DNA of 64,000 nucleotides from Penicillus capitatus (Eukaryota > Plantae > Chlorophyta): assembly GCA_965649825.1 (NCBI GenBank), contig OZ287702.1, positions 248,001-312,000 of the forward strand, in the 5' to 3' direction. Shown here in pieces: positions 57,752 through 64,000 of the stretch (within the stretch, counting starts at the first letter, position 1; each line of letters opens with the position of its first letter). The position numbers and the translations under genes were made by a program. The notes below the pieces were generated by a model. It searched no databases, was not told where the DNA came from, and saw only the letters and a list, made by a program, of their open reading frames with translations.

Positions 57752-59028
57752 ATGATAAGAGTCACCGCTTTCCTTCTTCTCGTACTTTTTGCATCAGTAT
57801 CAGCCGACGGGGATGTCGAACCTTCGACAGACCCCGCGTCCTCTGAGGGACCGCAATGTGCGACTCTCTCTTGAAAGGACACGGGTGCATCTGCTGCACC
57901 TCTGTAGGCGACTATCCTGCAGTGAGAGTCTGCGGTGGTGGACCAGATTATGGATACTTGGAAGGACACTTCCCTCACTACTATTACAACGATTTCCTCG
58001 GCGACTGCTTCCAGTTCGCCTGGAGTGGCTGCGGAACGAACGGCAATATCTATCAGACCAGAGAAGAGTGCAGAGACGCGTGCCTTAACGAAAGCGACGA
58101 TAAGGGTCTTGCCGACGACACGGGATCCATCGGCGAACCAGAATGTAAGGCGCTTGTCTAAGATTCCGTGACGCATTCCGCACCTGTGCTTCTTTAGGCG
58201 CCTATCCGGTGAAGAGAATCTGCAGCAACGGACCAGACTACGGGTCGCTGGAAGGACACTACCCGCACTTCTACTTCAACGACTTCCTCGGCGACTGTTT
58301 CCAGTTCGCCTGGAGTGGTTGCACGTCAAATGGCAACATCTATGAAACGATCGAAGAATGCAGAGAAGCGTGCCGCGATATCAGCGACGACCATAAGCGC
58401 GCAAGCGATATCGGGTCCGTCGGCGACCCGCCATGTAAGGCATTGCTCCTAACAAACGACAAACCCATTGATGCGTTTTGCAGGTTCCTACCCTGAAGAG
58501 AGGACCTGCTCAAACGGAGCAGATTTTGGATACTTAGAAGGACATTATCCCCACTTCTACTACAACGACTTCCTTGGCGACTGCTTCCAGTTTGCATGGA
58601 GTGGTTGCGGAACGAACGGTAACATCTACGCGTCCAGAGAAGAGTGCAGAGCTGCCTGTCGTGATGAAAGCGATGATAAAGGTCTTGCAAATGACACAGG
58701 CTCCATCGGTGATCCAGAATGTAAGACGCGTACACTTCCGAGAGGACATGACTTTATCTGCTGCACTTCTGTAGGCGAATACCCAGCAGTGAGAGTCTGC
58801 ACAGGTGGACCAGACTATGGATTCTTAGAAGGACACTTTCCTCACTTCTACTACAATGATTTCCTCGGTGATTGCTACCAGTTTGCATGGAGCGGCTGCG
58901 GAACAAACGGCAATATCTATCAGACCAGAGAAGAGTGCAGAGCTACCTGCCGTGACGCCAGTGCCGACCCCGGTCGCAAGTTGATGGGTGTTTTTGATGA
59001 CGGCTACTCAAGAATGACCAATGCATAG
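57752..59028 (+). CDS. Secreted protein with four tandem BPTI/Kunitz-like domains
   Basis: Signal peptide MIRVTAFLLLVLFASVSA. Four one-exon repeats, each matching F-x3-G-C-x6-[FY]-x5-C (FAWSGCGTNGNIYQTREEC), with BPTI spacing C-x24-C-x7-C-x12-C-x3-C. Phase-1 introns fall in Cys codons. Confidence 0.88.
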
Positions 59029-60093
59029 AAGTGTTCTATTCAGCCGAGTTCTCAACACAGTTCATCCATTCTATGAAATGCCACTGTCGAGAGAACTATG
59101 TCAAGATGATGATGCATCCAGTTCGCAAAAGTCGATGTCAAGCTTTTTTAGGCATTCTGATGATTCACTGCGATTGATGTGGTGAATAGCTGAGATTTTA
59201 TAGTTGAAGGTTTTTTGAGTCCTTGTGGTGTTTTGTGACGCGCTAACGTGTCTCGTGTCAACGGTTTTGAGGGTGTGATTTAGCTGTTTGAATTCTATGT
59301 CTCTAACGGCCGCGATGCTTCCTCGAACCGAAAAGAGGACTTCTAGACAGATGCATCTTTTAAACCGTGTTCGAGCTCAATCTATGAATCGACGAAGTCG
59401 AAGAAGAGTTATTAAAATCACTTTTGCCATGAACGTTCTTTTGGGTCACACATTCCGGCGACAAGGGCTGAGCGGAAGACTTATCAATGAGAGTTATCAG
59501 AATAGCGATGGGCACTGTAGAAGGCAAAAGTAACACAGTACCACGTGTCCGAAGCCGTCCACAGCTGTCGGTCTTCAACCTATGAAGAAGCTATTATCAA
59601 ATTCTAAAAATCCTTGGACTCGCGGAAGAGAAGCCTGCACATGAAGTTCACAACACGTCTTCTCTTGCTATCATGCTCAATTCAGTGGGATATCTCTACC
59701 GCATACAGTGCCGATGAAACGGCGCAAAGGAGCTGGAGTTCCGGCTTTGATGAAGTCACTTACGATCACTTCTGCAAAGTTCAATGTCTCACCGTCGATG
59801 AACTACGGCACCAAATATCCATACAAGTTTTGTCAAAACCAGAACTCTTTTTGGCTGGTTTTCTTAACGGCTCCAGTGTATATGAGTGCTCTCAGTCCGT
59901 TCAATATCTGCATGACCTCTTAGGGTGCTTGCTGGTTGTACCCTTGACTTTTGCGTTCTTCTGCTCGCATTCTCCTATTTTGGATGCACTTGAGATGCCC
60001 AGGCTCCAATGCACTCAGATCAGATGGTATCGACAGAGATCAATATCATCATGAAGGTCTGGAGTTGGTACGTGCGCGGTGCACGAGAAGAAA

Positions 60094-60901
60094 ATGGAGC
60101 TCGCGACGGGTATCGTTCGCTCCGCAGAGACGGGCGATGTGCAACGTGTGCTGACGTCTCTCGACAACGGGACGCATGTCAACGCTCGCAGTGTCTTCCA
60201 GACATGCTTACTGCACATCGCCGCACAACGAGGCCACGAAGAATTACTCGCGCAGCTTATTGAGCGTGGCGCCGAGCTGAACGCGTTAGACTATGTGTGA
60301 CCGCATCGATCATACACGATGAAACCGGCTCCTTTAGGGCGGTATGCGGCGTACAGCTTTACACTGGGCATGTCAGCAGGTCCCTCGACACTTGCGACGC
60401 TGCACGATGCGGAGATGCGATCTAGGGACACGTACGATGCGTTGAATTGCTGGTCGCAGCTGGAGCTGACGTGAAAGTGTGATGCATGATGCGAAAACAA
60501 AAGTGTGATATGGAGATCTGTCGTTTCAGGCACAAGGAAGGTCATGGTCGAAATTGGTACAGGGACAATCCTGCGGGAAAATGATTGACTGTCATTCGCC
60601 CTTTCACCAATCACCTGAGAGTCTCTGTACACAAAACGCCGTTAAACTGGCACTCCTTCGGCCAGAATGGAATCCCACGATCCACCATCAATTCCCCAAA
60701 CGTTTCAGAGAAGCCACCAAGTGATGTGACGTTGTAACATAGAGCCCTTCTAATCTCTTTTACCTTCTCAGAGTTCTGGTAATGATGGCTGCTCTTCCGT
60801 TGCACAAGTGCGGTGAAGAGTGCGCGTTTGGTGTATTGGGAATGGATGCATGCCGTGAGCTGTTAAAGAGATTAGCTTATCCGATTAGTGCATGGATTTA
60901 A
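60094..60901 (+). CDS. Small ankyrin-repeat protein
   Basis: LLHIAAQRGHEELLAQLIERGAELNALDY|GGMRRTALHWACQQ|GHVRCVELLVAAGADVK, with C-terminal WNPTIHHQFPKRFREA. Four introns. Confidence 0.85.
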
Positions 60902-60964
60902 CTCAGAGGTCTTTTAATCATCTCTTCCTTCCCCATAACGACACATACGTACACGCCTTATCCA

Positions 60965-61572
60965 TTATTTGGCGGCGGGATCTGAGCTGGCGGCAGGATC
61001 TGAGCTGGCAGCGGGATCTGCACTGCCTTCCTCCTGTGTCACACCTGGAGGTCCCTCCCAGAATCCCGTCTCCCACGGATCGTGATCGATAAAAGTTTTC
61101 TCCTGAAGAAAACCGTTCTCGTGATCGTATGCCGTGTTCGTGCGTTTACCTCATGGTCAGCCGGAACGTCCCAAGGTTTGTGCTCTACAAACAATACAGC
61201 AAGATCATCCAATCCCATCGAATGGTGTGGGGAGACAGACTGACGTGCTAGCAAGGGGATGAGTTTGATTTCGTCCTCTGTCATGGAGATGACTTGTTCC
61301 AACTGAAATCCAAAGATCTCTTCCGCCTTTTCGTCGTTGTCGTTTTCTTCCAGAACTTTCAACTTCTCGTCGACGTTCTGAACGACTGTTTTTCGATAGA
61401 ACGCGGTCTCGGGGACCAGTTGCGACATGAGTTCTTTAACCTTGTGCAGGTTCTTTATCAAGTTCTCACGAGCGTTGGGATCGACGGGCAGTCCAACGAT
61501 GCCCGTTGACGTCTTGACCGACCGAATGAGCGGAGCATCGCGGAACAACCGACGCGAAAGGGCCCGTAACAT
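60965..61572 (-). CDS. NDUFA5: Mitochondrial complex I subunit NDUFA5 (B13)
   Basis: KTSTGIVGLPVDPNARENL...YRKTV...QLEQVISMTEDEIKLIPLLA|QHKPWDVP. Two introns. The C-terminal tail has an 18-bp repeat (DPAASS). Confidence 0.9.
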
Positions 61573-61661
61573 ATCGAAGGCGTAATCCGTTCGACCGAGA
61601 CGAGATGACAATCAAAATCGTCAAAGCCTGAAACACGTGTGGCTGCTGGCTGGGCCCTCTT

Positions 61662-63429
61662 TTAAACAAAAGTACCGTTCGAATGCAGCTCTGGATAAGA
61701 CCATGGCTCAAACCCCATACCATACACCGATTCTAGCACAGGCCATGAGTGTGAGCGAGAGAGAGGGGATCAGGAAGGACGGACCGGGATCTTCGACGGT
61801 GTTGCCGACTGGTTTCTTGCTGTAGGTGTCATTCCATTCGTAACATGGGACATCATCCATTCCATACTCATCGGGGTAAACCGTTCCTTGAGGATTGAGC
61901 GTGAACCACTTGGGTTGCCAAGAATCCGATCGCGATTGCCGTTCGCGTTTCTCCATTCGTTGCATCTCTTCGAGACGTTGCTTCCAAGTCGCCGCCGCTG
62001 ACGAATCGCCTCGATCCAGGGCAGCAAGATCGGGTCGACGGCGAGAATCTGTTGCCAAAGGTTCAGGGATACCTACAGGCACGACGCTTCGGGATCTAGA
62101 CCTGTGCCCGATCGCTCACCAGTAGATGTATTGCATTTGTAGCAGAAGTACGTTCGACCATAGGCGTCATCTGCCGGCTTCTCTGCACAGGACCAGATAC
62201 GTTCGGGGGAGGCATCTTTTGATTCTTTCTCTGTTGTAATGTACTGTACGTCACAGTGATCGTTCCACATACCACTCATACGACCCGTCTCTTTGCCTCC
62301 GACAGTGATGCTGCCGTCAAATTCGTAACGACCGTCACTGAACCAACCACAGGGAACGAATTCCAGATCGGCTCTGTCGCCTACAAAAGAGATAATGTTA
62401 TCAACTGCTAGACTTCGATGTGTGTCGCCTGTTGTGATGTTGATGACAGACATCTTGCCAAAGGTATCGATCCAGGTGCGGCCGATGATTAAGTTACACA
62501 CACGGCTGGTGGGTGGAATGATGGAGAAGACCTCGCCACTTTTCTTAAGCCTGATATGCGAGCGACCTACAACCAAAAAGATAAAGAAATGCGTTTCGGC
62601 CAAGTTGCCAAAAACCATAAGGATAGATATCGGCAGAGTTGCCTAGGAATTTTGTCTTGGGCGCAGAAACAATGTCGTATGTAAAATGTGCATTCTCCGC
62701 ATGTGCCGCTCCTATTGGTGGATGATGTGACACCTTGAAAAAAAACACAGAAATGTACCAGGTCAAATGGATGAGAATCGACAGGGTGTTGCACCTGTTC
62801 GGCTAGGAAATGGACATTGTTGCCGCACTCTAGCTCGAACGTTTCGCCAAGGATCGGATTAAAGGGCTTCCACGCTCTTTCAATCGCTCCATACGGCGTC
62901 ACGGCAAAGGCCGTCACACATGCAAGTCTACAGAGAGCTTATGTGACACGGGATGTGATGCTTCACGATGCCTTTCGGTGGCCGTTGTCGCGAGATCTGC
63001 TCGATCGAGGAGATCCGTGTACTCCATGATCTCTGACATTTTCTGCAGGACTGTGAAAGGTTCCATGATCCAAACGGGCACCGACATCAGCGACATGACA
63101 TCGTGACCAATATACTGTGCCAAACTGGACCACATCTGTTGCCGTCTCTGAAGGGATTTGATTGTCAGGGGAGAAAGGAAAGAGAGCACAGACGTCATCG
63201 GGGTCGACGAGAGTTCCTGCCTTGTGCGCTTCTTCGCTGTTTGGGTCAACGACCTCTAAATCCTCTGGACTCAGGAATCTGTGCGTAGGCAGCAGGTACA
63301 CGCTCGTATGCAGCTAAGGGGATAAGCACACGTGTTGAGTTGTTGCTGAGCGTAATTTATCCAACTGGCTCCCCATTTGTAGACAGAATCGAGGACACCT
63401 TCCTCTTCGGCATCTGGCCCTTGACTCAT
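61662..63429 (-). CDS. Oxysterol-binding-protein-related protein (ORP3 type)
   Basis: [52 protein letters not shown]|VSHHPP, DSRRRPD, FEPWSY. Eight introns, two of them GC-AG (62928-62971, 62381-62428). Confidence 0.93.
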
Positions 63430-64000
63430 CGTAGAACCAACAGATAAAGCGGGCGATGGGTAGGAACGTGATGTGACGTCTCGACTCTTGCGCCTAATTC
63501 CGCAAGATGGCAATAACGTGACGAACGTCAAAATTGCCTCGAGTGACACCGAGCGTGAAGTTTGATCGATCTCTGTACCATATCTCATTCTGTGGACAAT
63601 ACTGCTTGCTGCAATTCTGTTGAGTCAGTGGCATCTCAGGCTTTACAAGAGAGCACTCGTTTTTGTCGTTTGCTATGAGTGGAATGTCCTGTAAAGAAAA
63701 AAACTGCGCTCCGGTTTGTCTGTCTTGGTTAAATTGTCAAAATCAGGAATGAAAACCTGACGTCTCTCACTTCTCCCATGGGCAGTCTTTGACTTCTAAT
63801 CCTGTTTTGCTTGACAGTGCTGTCAAAACGCCGATAGGGTTCTTATTGTTTGTTCTCTAGTGATCCCTTCAAACCACTGACAGGAGAAGTCGCTTGCCGT
63901 TATCCTTCACTAGAAAGATCATCCCAAACAAACAGAAAGAAGCTCGTTTTCTATTAGAGAGATGGAACGAGCTTACAAACAGAAATCCAACATAACCCTC

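Noticed and set aside
59614-60054. 146-aa ORF with a signal-peptide-like segment
   Set aside because: Non-ATG ORF start, no motif support, and no splice-supported extension.
1-64000. Non-standard genetic code (TAA/TAG = Gln, as in several ulvophyte orders)
   Set aside because: TAA and TAG end conserved proteins at the expected places (GAR1, PP6, TGD4, eIF2B-beta), and the apparent internal stops examined resolved as short introns.
1-64000. CRISPR array, prokaryotic operon, tRNA, rRNA or telomeric array
   Set aside because: No repeat-spacer pattern, cloverleaf, rRNA-like sequence or TTTAGGG/TTAGGG array was seen by eye. The genes are spliced and eukaryotic.

Overview
Eukaryotic nuclear DNA from a green alga (Lhca7/8-type antenna gene, plastid-targeted PyrR and TGD4-like genes, plus flagellar and centriolar genes PF16, NDK5, DNAAF6 and POC5). 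The genetic code is standard. From 1 to about 45.4 kb and from 60 to 63.5 kb the sequence is extremely gene-dense: about 30 intron-rich housekeeping genes with near-uniform 42-65 nt introns and very short intergenic spacers, down to 21 nt. A gene-poor island at about 45.4-60 kb holds a degenerate satellite, an inverted-repeat-flanked element, decayed genes and two secreted protease-inhibitor-like genes (2x Kazal; 4x BPTI/Kunitz with an altered cysteine pattern). The most notable signals are: (1) 5' splice sites with almost no consensus beyond GT/GC, about 8% GC-AG introns and one GA-AG candidate; (2) eIF2D and Gemin2 separated by only 21 nt and in frame across a single TAA, alongside several other 50-90 nt tandem spacers (candidate bicistronic or readthrough loci); (3) a four-domain Kunitz protein lacking Cys14 with Glu at P1; (4) an H/ACA snoRNA in the one unusually long intron (RPL11). 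Gene models and counts were made by hand from the sequence and from remembered protein family features. No database searches were run.
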